Part shown: in pieces, positions 14,115 through 26,275 of the stretch
Numbering within the stretch: position 1 is the stretch's first letter
Layout: every line of letters starts with the position of its first letter
From: Felis catus
Taxonomy: Eukaryota
Length of the DNA: 64,000 nt
Direction of reading: 5' to 3'
Assembly (NCBI RefSeq): GCF_018350175.1
Contig: NC_058368.1
Location: 86,244,001 to 86,308,000, forward strand
The notes under the pieces: generated by a model
The model's database searches: none
Told to the model about the DNA's origin: nothing
The model's input: only the letters and a program-made list of their open reading frames with translations
Translations under genes and position numbers: made by a program

Positions 14115-14612
14115 TTTAATTTATTTATTTTTATTTTTACTTTTTAAATTTTATTATTTTTTATTTTTTTTAATTTACATCCAAATTAGTTAGCATATAG
14201 TGAGGATGTGGAGAAAGAGGATCTCTTTTGCATTGTTATTGTCAATGCAAGTTGGTGCAGCCACTCTGGAAACCAGTATGGAGGTTCCTCAAAAAACTAA
14301 AAATAGAACTACCTTACGACACAACATTTGCATTACTAGGCATTTATCCATGGGATACAGGTGTGCTGTTTTGAAGGGACACATGCACCCCCATGTTTAT
14401 AGCAGCACTATCAACAATAGCCAAAGTATGGAAAGAGCCCAAATGTCCATCAATGGATGAATGGATAAAGAAGATGTGGTATATATATACAATGGAATAT
14501 TACTTGGCAATCAAAAAGAATGAGAGCTTGCCATTTGCAACTACGTGGATGGAACTGGAAGGTATTATGCTAAGTGAAATTAGTCAGTCAGAGAAAGACA
14601 AAAATCATATGA
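14115..14612 (-). mobile_element. Short L1 insertion with 5' inversion (twin-priming structure)
   Basis: Minus-strand L1 tail to ~14202, then plus-strand ORF2 C-terminus; TSD catcagaat(g/c)tttttt at 14099-14114 and 14613-14628. Confidence 0.85.
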
Positions 14613-14872
14613 CATCAGAATCTTTTTTGAGGTAATACCTACAGTTGCAAAAGGCATATGCTGTAGAGTTTTGCAAAGACCCATGAAATTCTTAACTGCT
14701 TTTCTCTTACCGTTTATCAGCTTTTTTCATAGTTTGATCATAGTGTGACACACTAAATACATAAAATCTAAATTTAAATGGATTATGTTGAAAGAGAAGA
14801 CTTTTTTTGGTTATCTGATTGGTACCTTTTTTTTTTTTCTGATGAATCCCATGCATTTTTAAGTATTGTCTA

Positions 14873-15090
14873 GGGGTGCCTGGGTGGATCAGTCGGTTGA
14901 GTGACCAACTTCGGCTCAGGTAGTGATCTCACAGTTTGTGAGTCCGAGCCCCATGTCGGGCTCTGTGCTGACAGCTCAGAGCCCGGAGCCTGCTTCGAAT
15001 TCTGTGTCTCCCTCTCTCTCTAACCACCCCCTCCCCCCATTCATGCTCTGTCTCTCTCTGTCTCAGAAATAAATAAACATTAAAAAAAAA
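14873..15090 (+). mobile_element. Can-SINE
   Basis: Full body; aagtattgtct TSD. Confidence 0.95.
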
Positions 15091-16811
15091 GTATTGTCTG
15101 AACAGTAGGGACTCTATTAGAATTAAATATTCACTGCATGAAAAAAGTAGGTTCTGAAAAGATAGAATTAAATTTTCTGTCTTTTACTTTGATCAGAAAG
15201 TTGCTTTTAATATTATCTTTGTATCTCTGTACAAAACCAGAAGCATTACTTCTACACAGAACATCTGTAACTACAAATAAAAAGTGAAGAAGTTAAATTA
15301 GTCAAAAAGGATAATACATGATACTTAATAACCTTAATCCTCTTCACAAGTTTATGACAAGAAAGTTTTAAAAAGTGGAAGTGGACGTTGTTGGAATTTT
15401 ATATATGGGGTTTACTGGCACACAAAAATAGTAGAGAAAATTTTGATTACTCTTGGGGAAATATTTAAAAATAAATTTGTCTGTCAACACAGAATATATT
15501 CTTCACAAAGGTAGAAAACACATAAAAAGCAAATATTTCAGTTGCAAAGGGCAATCCTGAGCTCACGTCCTCCCACAGGCACAACAAATATACAACTACA
15601 TATGGAATGAATCCCTCTAAAGGAGACCTAGAAACTGTATGAACAGAGCCTTCACAAGGGACAGCACTGAGCTGGGTAGAAGGGGGAAAGATATAGTCTT
15701 GAAAAGGAAGAAAAAAAAGTAAAAGTAAAACACCCCAGATAAGCACTCCATAGTCAGGAAGTATCTCAAAGGTAAGAAATGCCCATGAAAATAAGAATTT
15801 GAGCTCCACATTAAGGATCCTAACCCTTAAATTCTGCACAAGACAAATAAGCCCCCAAATACTTGTATTTGAAAAACAATAAGAAATAAATCCAGGAAAA
15901 TGATAGAACTGCAGGGAAAGGAAAACCTTCTTTTCAAGGGCTTCCACCTAGAGTCACTTGACAAGGAAACCAGTAAAAAAATGCCATATCAAAAACTGTT
16001 TAGACCATAAATGTAGAGAGACACTCCCTCATTTTGGAGTCCCAACTAAGAGCAAAGGCTATCATTAGGGACTCAGACACTGCAACAGTCATTTTTGCTT
16101 TCTCCTCCTGCCATGCTGCTCTGAGGCCTGCCAGGTGACATTTGGGAATTCTTTCTCTAGTCTGCTAATTCCAGGGGTCTCACCCTGCTAGGAGTTGTGA
16201 CAAGAAATCTACATGAAAAAGAGTTCAAAACAAAGGTCACAGATATGCTTACCAAACACAGGAGATGAAAGGATGAACACAGAGAAAACTTCAACAAACA
16301 GAAAGAAAATATAAGATATTACCAATCAGAGTCAAAGAATAAAATAACAGAAATGAAAAAATACACAAAAGCTTAAAAACAGTAGATCACATGATAGAAA
16401 AGAATAGATCAGCATTCTGGAAGACAGGAGAGTAATTCACCAAAACTGAAAAACAAAAAGAAACAAATAATAAATATAATTTAAGGGACTTCTGGGGTGA
16501 CATCAAACACACTAAAATTCACATTATGTATGTTCCAAAAAGAGATGAAAGGGAGGTAAACAGGCATGAAAATAACTGGAAGAAATAATAGCTGAAAACT
16601 TCCTTAAGGTAGGTGTTGGGGGTGGGGAGGAGAACAGATATCAAGGTCCAGATGACACACAAAATCCCAAAGCAGATAAAGCCAAAGAGATACAGATCAA
16701 AACTCAATATAATTAAAATGTCAAAATGTTAGAATCTTAAAAACAATAAGAGAAAAAAAATTAGTTACATGAAAAGGAATCACTGTAGCACCACCAGCTA
16801 AATTTGTGGGC

Positions 16812-16853
<42 letters not shown>

Positions 16854-17602
16854 CTTACAACCAAGTATACTCTACCTGGCAAAATTATTCAGAATTTGAG
16901 AGATTGTTTCCCAGACAAGCAAAATCTAATGGACTTCATCACCACTAAACCAGCTTCATAAGAATTATTCAAAAGAGTTCTCTAAGCAGATAAGTAAAGT
17001 CCATAACTAGAAAGGAGAGATTGTAGGAAAAGTAATTCATTGGTAAAACCAATCATATAGAAATGTACTGGATCAATTACTTATAAAGCAGTAATGAGGT
17101 CAAATGTCAAAAGTAATAAAATCAACTATATCTAGATTAATTAGTTAAGGAATACACAAAATAAACATAAAAAATATGATATCAAAACATAAAATATGGG
17201 GGAGGAGTAAAAATGTGTACTTTAAGAATGTTGAAACTTTAGTGACTATCAAATTAAAATAATCTGCTAAATACATAGATTTTTATATGTGACAATCTCT
17301 CATGATAACCACAAACAAAAATATGTAAAAAATACATGAATATTAAAGACAAAGGAATCCAATCTTAATGCTAAAAAAAGTCAAAGTCATCAATTTGCAA
17401 GGATATATAGCAAGACAAGAAAAAAAGGAACAGAGAATTACAGAAAACAGTGAACATGGCACTAAGTACATACCTACAAAGAACTACTATAATGATAAAT
17501 GGATTGAAGTCACAAAACGAAAGACATAGGATGGCTGCATGAAATTAAAAGAAATGAGTAACAAATACTTATATCATACAAAGTAAACTTTAAAACTAAC
17601 TG

Positions 17603-17812
17603 TGGTGCACCTGGGTGGCTCAGTTGGTTGAGCTTCTGGCTTGGCTCAGATCATAATCTCACAATTCATGAGTTGGAGCCCCATGTCAGGCTCTGTGCTG
17701 ACCACTCAGAGCCTGGAGCCTGCTTCAGATTCTGTGTCTCTCTCTCTCTTTCCCTCCCCCACTCATGATCTCTGTCTCTCTCTGTCTTTCAAAAATAATT
17801 AAACTTTAAAAA
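17603..17812 (+). mobile_element. Can-SINE in L1
   Basis: SINE body and tail. Confidence 0.92.
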
Positions 17813-18894
17813 ATTAAAACAAAGGCTGTAACAATAGCAAATAAAAGAATTACATAATGATGAAAAGATTGATCCAACAAGAATATATAACAATTGTAAA
17901 TTTTTATGCATCCAGTATAGTAGCACTTATTATATATAAAGCAAAATTAACATACACAAAAGAAAATATTGACAGTAATGCAGTAGAAATAATGGCAGAC
18001 CTTAACAGCCTACTTACATCAATGAGCAGATCATGCAGACAGAAAGTTAATAAGCAAAACATTGATCTTCAATGACATGTTAGACTGAAAGATTTAATAG
18101 ATCTATTAACAATATTCTGCTCTAAATCAGCAGAATACATAATCTTAACCAGTGTATGGTATGTTCTCTAGGATATATCATATACTAAGCTACAAAACAA
18201 TGCTCAAAAAATGTAAGAATATTTAAATCACCTGAAATATCTTTGGAAAAAATCCAAAATTTATTGGATGCAGCAAAAGCACTTCTAAGAGGGAAGTTTA
18301 TAGTGATTGAGGCCCACCTCAGAAAAAAAAAAAAACACCTTGAATAAGCAATACAACTTTACATCTAAAAGGACTAGAAAAAGAAGCACAAACACAGCCC
18401 AAAGTTAGTAGAAGGAGGGAAATAATGAAAAGGAAGGACCAGAGTGGACATAAATGAAATAGATGCAAAAGCAATGTACAACGGATCAATGAAAGTAAGT
18501 GTTGACTCTTTGAGATGATAAACAAAATCAATACACCTTTAGCCACAATTACTGAGGAAAAAAGGAGAGTCAAAAAAATCAGAAATGAAAAAGAACGTGT
18601 AACTGATACTACAGAAATATAAAGAATCATAAGAGACTACAGCAATCATACACCAACAATTAGAACAACCTAGAAGGAATGGATAGATTCTAAAATCATA
18701 AAGTCTTCCAAAACTGACTCAGGAAAAAATAGAATGTCTGGACAGACCATTCAATAGTAAGAAAATTAAGCCTATAATAAAAAAAAATAACAAACAGAAC
18801 TCCAGGAACAAATGGTTTCAAAGGTGAATTATAAAAACCTTAGTGAGTGAGTGAGAAAGTGAGTAAGTAGTTAGGTAGCTAGTTAGTTTTTTTT

Positions 18895-19075
18895 AGGAAG
18901 TTTAGTCATTTTTGAGAGAGAGAAAACACAAGCCAGGGAGGGGCAGAGGGAGAGGAGACAGAGAATCCTAAAGTGCAGAGACTGATGCAAGGCTCCAACT
19001 GACAAACTATGATATCATGACCTGAGCCAAAGTCGAGAGTCAGATGCCTAACCAAATGAGCCACCCAGGAGCCCC
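18895..19075 (-). mobile_element. Can-SINE in L1
   Basis: Reverse SINE body; aaaaacctt flanking repeat. Confidence 0.88.
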
Positions 19076-20141
19076 AACAAAACCTTTAAAGAAGAGGCAA
19101 CATCAATTCTTATGAAACTTCCAAAACACTGCAGAGGAAGAAATGCCTACAAACTCATTGTACAAGGCCAGCAAAATCCTGATTGCGAAGCTAGACAAAA
19201 ACACTATCCCCCCCCCCCAAAAAAAAATTACACACCAATATCCTTGATGAATAAAATGCAAATACTTCAACAAAATGTTAGCAAACTAAATTCAACAATA
19301 CGTTAAGAGGATCATACACCATGATCAAGAAAGATTTATTCTGAAAATGGAAGGATGGTCCAATATCTGCAAATCAAACAGCATGATAGTCATATTGACA
19401 AAATGAAGCATAAAAATAAGATGATCACCTCAATCAATGCAGAAAAAAATCATTTGGCAAATTTTAATATCCATTTATGTAAAAAAAAAAAACTCTCAAC
19501 AAAATGCATATAGAAGTAACATATCTCAACTTAAGTTTGTATATGACAGACCCAGAACTACCATCATATTCAAGGTGCAAAGCTGAATGTTTTGCCTCTA
19601 AGATCAAGAACAAGACAAGGATACCCAGTCTCACCAATTTCATTTGACATAGTATTGGTGGTTCTACCAACATCCATCATACCAAAAAAAAAATGCATCC
19701 AAATTTGAAAATAAGTAAAACGGTCATGGTTTTTTAATGGCATGAAACTATATATAGAAAAACCTAATGTCTCCACCAAAAAACTATTGGCATTTATAAA
19801 TAACTGGGTTAAATTGCAAGATATGAAATCAATATACATAAACATGTTGCATTTCTATACACTAAGAAAAATAAATTCAGTAAACAATCTCATTTACAAC
19901 TGTATCAAAAGGAATAAAATTCCAGGAATAAATTTAATCAAGGAGGTCAAAGATCTGGTCTCTGTAAAATGTAATATATTGTTAAAATTCTACACTACCC
20001 AAATGAATGTCTCACAGAACTAGACGAAATAATACTAAAATTGGTGAGAGAAAAACAAAGCTATCACATTTCCTGATTTCAAACAATATTACAAAGCTAT
20101 ATTAATTTAAAAGGTATAGTATTGGTATAAAAACAGATACA

Positions 20142-20632
20142 AGAGTGCCTTGGTGGCTAAGTAAGTTGAGTGTCTGACTCATGGCTCAGATCATGGTCTT
20201 ACAGTTTTGTGATTTCAAGACCCGTGTTGGGCTCTGCATAGGCATTGCAGACCTTGCTTGGGATTCTCTATCTCACCATGTCTCTGTCTCTCAAAATAAA
20301 TAAATAAGGTTTAAGAAAAAAACAGATATATAAACAGGTGCCTGGGTAGCTCAGTAGATTGTGCATCTGACTCTTAATTTCAGCTCAAGCCAAAATTCTA
20401 GGGTCAAGGGATGGATCCAAGCATTGGGCTCTTCACTGAGTGTGATGCTGCTTAAGAAGTCTCTCCCTCTCTTCTTCTGCCACTGTCCCCTGCTGACATC
20501 CTCTCTCTCTCTCTCTCTCTCTGCCCCCCCCCCCAAATGTGGCTTCTGACTTCAGGTCAGGAAATGATTTCATGGGTGATGGGTTTGAGCCCTACATCTG
20601 GCTCTCTGCTGTCAGTTCATAGACCACTTAAG

Positions 20633-20678
<46 letters not shown>

Positions 20679-20730
20679 TGCCCCTACCCTGGTCTCTCTC
20701 TCTCTAAAAAATAAATAAGAGTTAAAACAT
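20142..20730 (+). mobile_element. Cluster of three same-orientation Can-SINE units
   Basis: Units at ~20142-20320, ~20336-20535 and ~20540-20730 (last lacks its 5' head). Confidence 0.85.
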
Positions 20731-21676
20731 TAAAATAAAAAATAATTTAAAAAGATACACAGATAATTAAATAGAACAGAAACCCAAAAAATAAACACAT
20801 ACTTATATGGCTAAATTACTCTAAAAAAAGGATGAAAGCATATGGAGTGTGAAAATGTGTCTTCAATACACCACATACAATAATAAACTCAAAATAGTTT
20901 ATATATAAGATGAAAACAATATAAGATGAATATAAGATGAAAAGCAATAAAACCTCTGGGAAAATATAAGCGATAAGCATTTTGATATTGGTCTAACTGA
21001 TATTTTTGGATCTGTCTCCTCACGTGAGAATAACAAAAATAAATAAATAAATAAATAAGACTACATTAAATTAAAAAAGTTTTGCACAGAAAATGAAACA
21101 ATCAATACAACAAAGAGGCAACCTACTGAATTAAATATATTCTCAAATGATATATCCAACAAGGGGTAACATCGAAATATAAAAAAACTCATAAAACTCA
21201 ATACATAGAAATTATATGGATTAAAAACTGTGTACAGAACCTAGATAGACATTTTGAAGACAACAGATGGCCATTAGGCACATGAAAAGATGCTAAAAAT
21301 CATTTACTGTCAAGGGAATGCAAATCAAAACCATAATGACATAGTAGCTCATACCTGCCAGAATGGCTAGTATCGAAAAGACAAGAAATAACAAGTGTTG
21401 GTGAATATGTGGAGAAAAGGAAATCCTCATGCCTTGTTGGTGGGAATGTGAATGGTGCAGCTACTATGGAAAGGAGTATGAATATTTCTCAGAATATTAC
21501 AAAAAAATAGAACTCACATATGATTCAGTAGTCTACTTCTAAGCATTTGATAAACAAAAACACTTACTTGAAAAGACATATGTATTCCTATATTACTTGC
21601 AGCATTTTTCTTTTACAATTGGCAAGATATGGAAACATTTTATGTCTGTTAATGGATAAATAGATAAAGAAAGAAG

Positions 21677-21678
<2 letters not shown>

Positions 21679-21716
<38 letters not shown>
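21679..21716. repeat. (CA)n microsatellite
   Basis: Seen directly. Confidence 0.97.
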
Positions 21717-21718
<2 letters not shown>

Positions 21719-21754
21719 TGGGATAATACTCTGCCATACCAAAGAATAAAAACT

Positions 21755-21967
21755 TTTTTTTAAATTTTAATGTTTATTTATTTTTGAGAGAGAGATAGAG
21801 TATGAGCAAGGGAGGGGCAGAGAGAAGGGGAGACACAGAACCTGAAGCAGACTCCAGGCTCTGAGTTGTCAGTATAGAACCTGATGCGGGGTTTGAACTC
21901 AGGAACCATGAGATCATGACCTGAGCCGAAGTGAGAGGGTCAACTAACTGAGAGACCCAGGCACCCC
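21755..21967 (-). mobile_element. Can-SINE in L1 3' region
   Basis: Reverse SINE body; aaagaataaaa TSD. Confidence 0.93.
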
Positions 21968-22447
21968 CGAAAGAATAAAATCTTGAAACTTATGACAACA
22001 TGGATGGATCCAGATGATATTATAATAAGTTATATAAATGAGACAGAAAAAAGACAAATACCATAAGATATAGGTTATAAGTGGATTCTAAGATACAAAA
22101 AACAAAACAAATGAACAAACAACTCAGAAACATATTCCCAGTTATAGAGAACAAACTGATGTTGTCAACAGATATGGGACGTTGAATGGATGAAAAATGA
22201 AGGGAATTAAGATGCACCATCTTTTGGTTATAAAAGAAGATATGGGGGTGTAATTTATAGCATAGAGAATATGGCCAATATTTTAACAGCATTATATGGT
22301 GATGGCAAGTACACATTTTGGTGAACATTTTATTAACATGTATGAATATCAAATCACTATAGTATACATCTGAAATTAATACAGTATAGTATGTCAATTT
22401 TTCCTCAATAAGAAAAGGAATGAGTAGTTTTGTTAAAAATAGCCACT

Positions 22448-22650
22448 AGGGGTGCCTGGGTGGCTCAGTTAAGTGTCCACTTCTTGATCTTGACTCAGGT
22501 TATGATCTTACGGTTCCCGAGATCAAGCTTAGTGTTGGGCTCTGCCCTGACAGAGTGGAGCCTGCTTGGGATTCTCTCTCTCTCTCTCTGCCCCTCCCCT
22601 GCTCATGCTGTATCTCTCTCAAAATAAATAAATAACCTTAAAAATAATAA
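22448..22650 (+). mobile_element. Can-SINE
   Basis: ggggtgcctgggtggctcagtt head, (CT)n, A-rich tail. Confidence 0.93.
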
Positions 22651-23076
22651 AAATAAATAACAAACTAGAATGCAATAACACTGTAAGCACTCTGTAATCA
22701 ATGTGGCCATGTAACAGTCAGTGAGATTTCAAGAAAGAAAGAAACCTCACCCACTTTTCAAGCCAAGCTGGTTCAGCCGTTACATATACATCTCAAAATA
22801 TATGATAAAAAATGTGGCCTTAAGTAAAAAAAAAAATGACACTAACTTTAATTTTATATTCAACTAGTTATTGGGGTGGTTATCAGTGCCAGTTAGTTGC
22901 TTGTATCCAAAGGAAAAATAGAACTTTCCTTACATTTATGATATGTGAGCAGTTAGGACTTAAAACCGTGCATGCCTAGGTTAAACATACACAGCTAAAG
23001 ACTGAAAGTGTTGCTATCACATTTGATGTTTACATTTCAAAATGATAGCCCTTACATCCATAGGAAAGAAATTTGA

Positions 23077-23270
23077 GGGGCACCTGTGTGGGTCAGTGGT
23101 TAAGTGCCTAACTATCAATTTCGGCTCAGGTCATGACCTCATGATTCGTGACTTTGAACCCAACATGGAGCCCTGTGTTGGACTATGCACCAACAATATG
23201 GATCCTGCTTGGGATTCTCTGCCTCCTTTCTTTGCCCTTCCCCTAAATAAATAAATACATCAATAAATAA
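23077..23270 (+). mobile_element. Can-SINE
   Basis: Diverged SINE body. Confidence 0.88.
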
Positions 23271-23627
23271 ATATATGAATTTCAATTTTGGAAAAAAAAT
23301 ATATATGTAGCTTTCTAAAAGATTTACACCAGGTAAAAATTATTTTTTAAGGTTGGTATTTAACCTATGGTTACTCATTATGCCTATATTCAGAGAGAAC
23401 TTACAGTAATATTTTAGAAAATTTATGTCATACACAGGATCTCATATTTATGTTATAAAATGGGAAACTACTACATATAGTGTTCTATGTTTTCTTAACA
23501 CAAACACATAATTTTTAATAGTTCCACATTATATTTCATTATAGGTTATATTGTATTAGATAATAATGGCTTAAAGCAAGGAAACGTTTGGGTATTACCA
23601 ACAGAATTTAAGAATTCTTTGCCTTTT

Positions 23628-23853
23628 GGGGCGCCTGGGTGGCTCAGTCGGTTAAGCGTCCGGCTTTGGCTCAGGTCATGATCTCGCGGTTCGTGAGTTC
23701 GAGCCCCGCGTTGGACTCTGTACTGATGGCTCAGAGCCTGGAGCCTGTTTCGGATTCTGTGTCTCCTTCTCTCTCTGACCCTCCCCCGTTCATGCTCTGT
23801 CTCTCTCTGTTTCAAAAATAAATAAACGTTAAAATTTTTTTAAAAGAAAAAAA
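23628..23853 (+). mobile_element. Young Can-SINE
   Basis: CpG-rich body; 18-bp TSD aagaatt(c/a)tttgcctttt at 23610-23627 and 23854-23871. Confidence 0.97.
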
Positions 23854-24291
23854 AAGAATTATTTGCCTTTTTAATTATTTAGTGGCAATTTATCATTCAC
23901 TCACTCAATATATTAATCACTGACTCAATCATTAATTATTGACTGACTCAATATTCCAATATGTTAAATGATAATTATGTTTTATAATACATGGAATTTT
24001 TACAAGACAAACACAATGAGTTTTATCTAATTTGAAATCCAACTCTAGGAAAAAAGAAAGCACAATTAAATTTTGGTTAAGATCATATGAGTATTGCACA
24101 TTGGCACCATGTCCTGTATTATCCCTTATGCTAACCATGTATTTGAGCACCTTTGTTTTAAATCTGTTCATTACCTGGCTACAGCTCGCTATGTTAATTA
24201 AACTGGACTAATTTTTTAACTGATCAGATGGTTACAGCCATGCCAGTCAAGGTTTCAGTGATGATTCCATTGTTTTAAAAATTACTTCCAG

Positions 24292-24636
24292 GGAAATTCC
24301 AGGTGATAGGACCAAGAACACCAGTCATTGTTTTGGTTGGGGAAGAGGCTGTGGTTTTCTGTCACCTCAACCCATCAATGGATGCTCAGAACATGGAAGT
24401 GAGATGGTACTGAAATGATCCTTCAGTCCTGGTGCATCATTATGGGACTTCCCAGGATCACATGGAGCAGCAGATGCCAGAGTACCAAGAGAGCACCAAG
24501 CTCCTGAAGGAGAATATTACCAAAGGTCTTGCCTTAAGGATCCATCCCATCCAACCTTCCAATGGTGGGGTTTATACATGTTTCTTTGAGAGCTCCACGT
24601 TCTACAATGAAGCAAAATTCAAAGTGTTGGTTACAG
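24292..24636 (+). pseudogene. Butyrophilin/BTNL-family IgV exon with a premature stop
   Basis: ttccag|...|gtgagt; 345 bp, phase 1-1; KFQVIGPRTPVIVLVGEEAVVFCHLNPSMDAQNMEVRWY*NDPSVLVHHY...MPEYQESTKLLKENITKGLALRIHPIQPSNGGVYTCFFESSTFYNEAKFKVLVT; both Ig cysteines and the core Trp present; TGA at 24411-24413. Confidence 0.92.
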
Positions 24637-24892
24637 GTGAGTCTCTGCAATGAAAACTCCTACACAAATTGCATTTTTTTTCCATCAGCAGTCTAAAGTG
24701 TTGGTGTATATGGATAGAGGTGATTGGTGATTAAATTTATACAAACACTATTATTGCCAAGAAAGTTAAATATGGAAAACTAATCTAATCAGTGTCCCAA
24801 CATTCTTGGGTGGTAGTGATATACATTTTCATCTTTTCTTTGTCAACATGATTATTTCAAAAAAAAAAAAAGAAAGAATACGGATGATAATA

Positions 24893-25150
24893 TGTTCTAT
24901 CAAGGAGAGTCCCAGAAATGATTCTTAGTTTATCTTCTAAATCTCAGAAGGAACTAAAAAGAGGCAGAGAGAATCTGAGACACCTGCCCTCATGTTTTCT
25001 GCACCTTGCTGCTGCCCACTTGGGAATAGCCCAGTCACTCTTGTTCACTCTTTAGTATGGTCTTGTTCACTCTTTAGTATGACATCCTTTTTATCCGGAT
25101 CACTGCATAACTTGTTCTCTTAGATCTCACTTCTGCTCAGATATTGTCCA

Positions 25151-25198
<48 letters not shown>

Positions 25199-25623
25199 AA
25201 CTGTATTGCCAGAGTCAAGGGTAAGGAAAGACTATAATTCAACCATACACTGAGCCTGAAACAGAATTTTCTCTATAAACATAGGGTCTGCGCTGCCCAG
25301 ATAATGAGTTTCCATATCTCCTCCTGTTGGAGAAATGAAGAAAGTTTTACATCATAAGATGGCCGATGGGACTAAAACAAGCTCCGGTCACTAGCTTGGA
25401 GACGTTTCTCCAGGTTCTTCTTGCCCTGTTTGCCCTGGGCGGAAAACCCCACAGATAAGAAAGCTGACAACTATAAATTACCCTTCCCACTTGCATTCTG
25501 CACTCAGATCTTTGGAGAAATGGTCTCCTCTGAGCCCACCAGTGTTAAATAAATCTCCAATCCAACAAGATCTTTGAGTGCCACTTGTTTTTTCCACCAG
25601 CGTTCCAGCATGGTTGCATAACA
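24893..25623 (+). mobile_element. 5' LTR of a class I (gamma-like) ERV
   Basis: TATAAA 25472-25477, AATAAA 25548-25553, terminal ...aaCA at 25623 just before a PBS; 5' boundary uncertain. Confidence 0.7.
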
Positions 25624-25627
25624 TATT

Positions 25628-25645
25628 TGGTTCCCATACCAGGAG
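25628..25645 (+). promoter_or_regulatory. Retroviral primer-binding site, tRNA-Glu
   Basis: TGGTTCCCATACCAGGAG matches 17/18 of TGGTTCCCATACCGGGAG, the complement of the tRNA-Glu(TTC) 3' end as I recall it. Confidence 0.85.
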
Positions 25646-26275
25646 ACCCAATCACGCTCATCCATTGTTGCCACCAGTTTGGGAGAACAGAGAGGTGGTG
25701 ATGGAACAAGGGATCACAAGGGAGAAGGTCTTCCCTGCCTGAATTTTGTCAGCTTCCCACTCAGTCGCCTCAGGCCAGGCTCCACCATTCATGCTGGACT
25801 TGAGGAGACTTGGCAGGTGGACCAAATGTTGGATCTGGTAAGGCTGGGGACCAATCTAGTCAGGCCCACTCACAAGAGTGAAAGGTGGACCTGATCGCTA
25901 CCCGGAGACCTTAATGGTATCACAGGTAGAAAATTTTGTGGGAGGGAATGTAATAGCCACTGGTGCATGTGTGTGAATGTGCAGCTCAGCCAGGCTTGCC
26001 AGTTGAGTTTGAGTTTGTGGCTCCACGGACTGGCACCCTTAAGGTCCCCAAAAGTCTACAGAGTCTGAGTGGGCTCTTCTGCACAGTGAAAGGCATCTGG
26101 TTTAGGGCAGCATCAGATTAGACTCTGATCACAAGTCACAAAGCTGAGTCTGCTATGACCAAGCCTCACATTCCCTTGGGAATGTGACCAGTGGAGTATC
26201 TGATTGGCCTCTCATCTGAGGGGATACCTTCTGTTTGTCTGTCTCTGTGACACTAACACGAGAAAGGAATTAATA

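Larger units (their letters stand above)
15535..22410 (+). mobile_element. Old near-full-length LINE-1 (decayed), with nested SINEs
   Basis: 5'UTR-like start, ORF1 remnants ~16200-17000, ORF2 EN/RT remnants (ORF track 17857, 19112, 19742), 3'UTR ending near 22410. Confidence 0.85.

Noticed and set aside
15465..15947. 160-aa hydrophobic ORF
   Set aside because: Antisense reading of an A-rich L1 5' region; the hydrophobicity reflects T-rich codons.
25039..25197. 22-bp tandem duplicate and a long poly(A) run in the LTR region as a separate retro-insertion
   Set aside because: No TSD or recognisable element body; best treated as local slippage.
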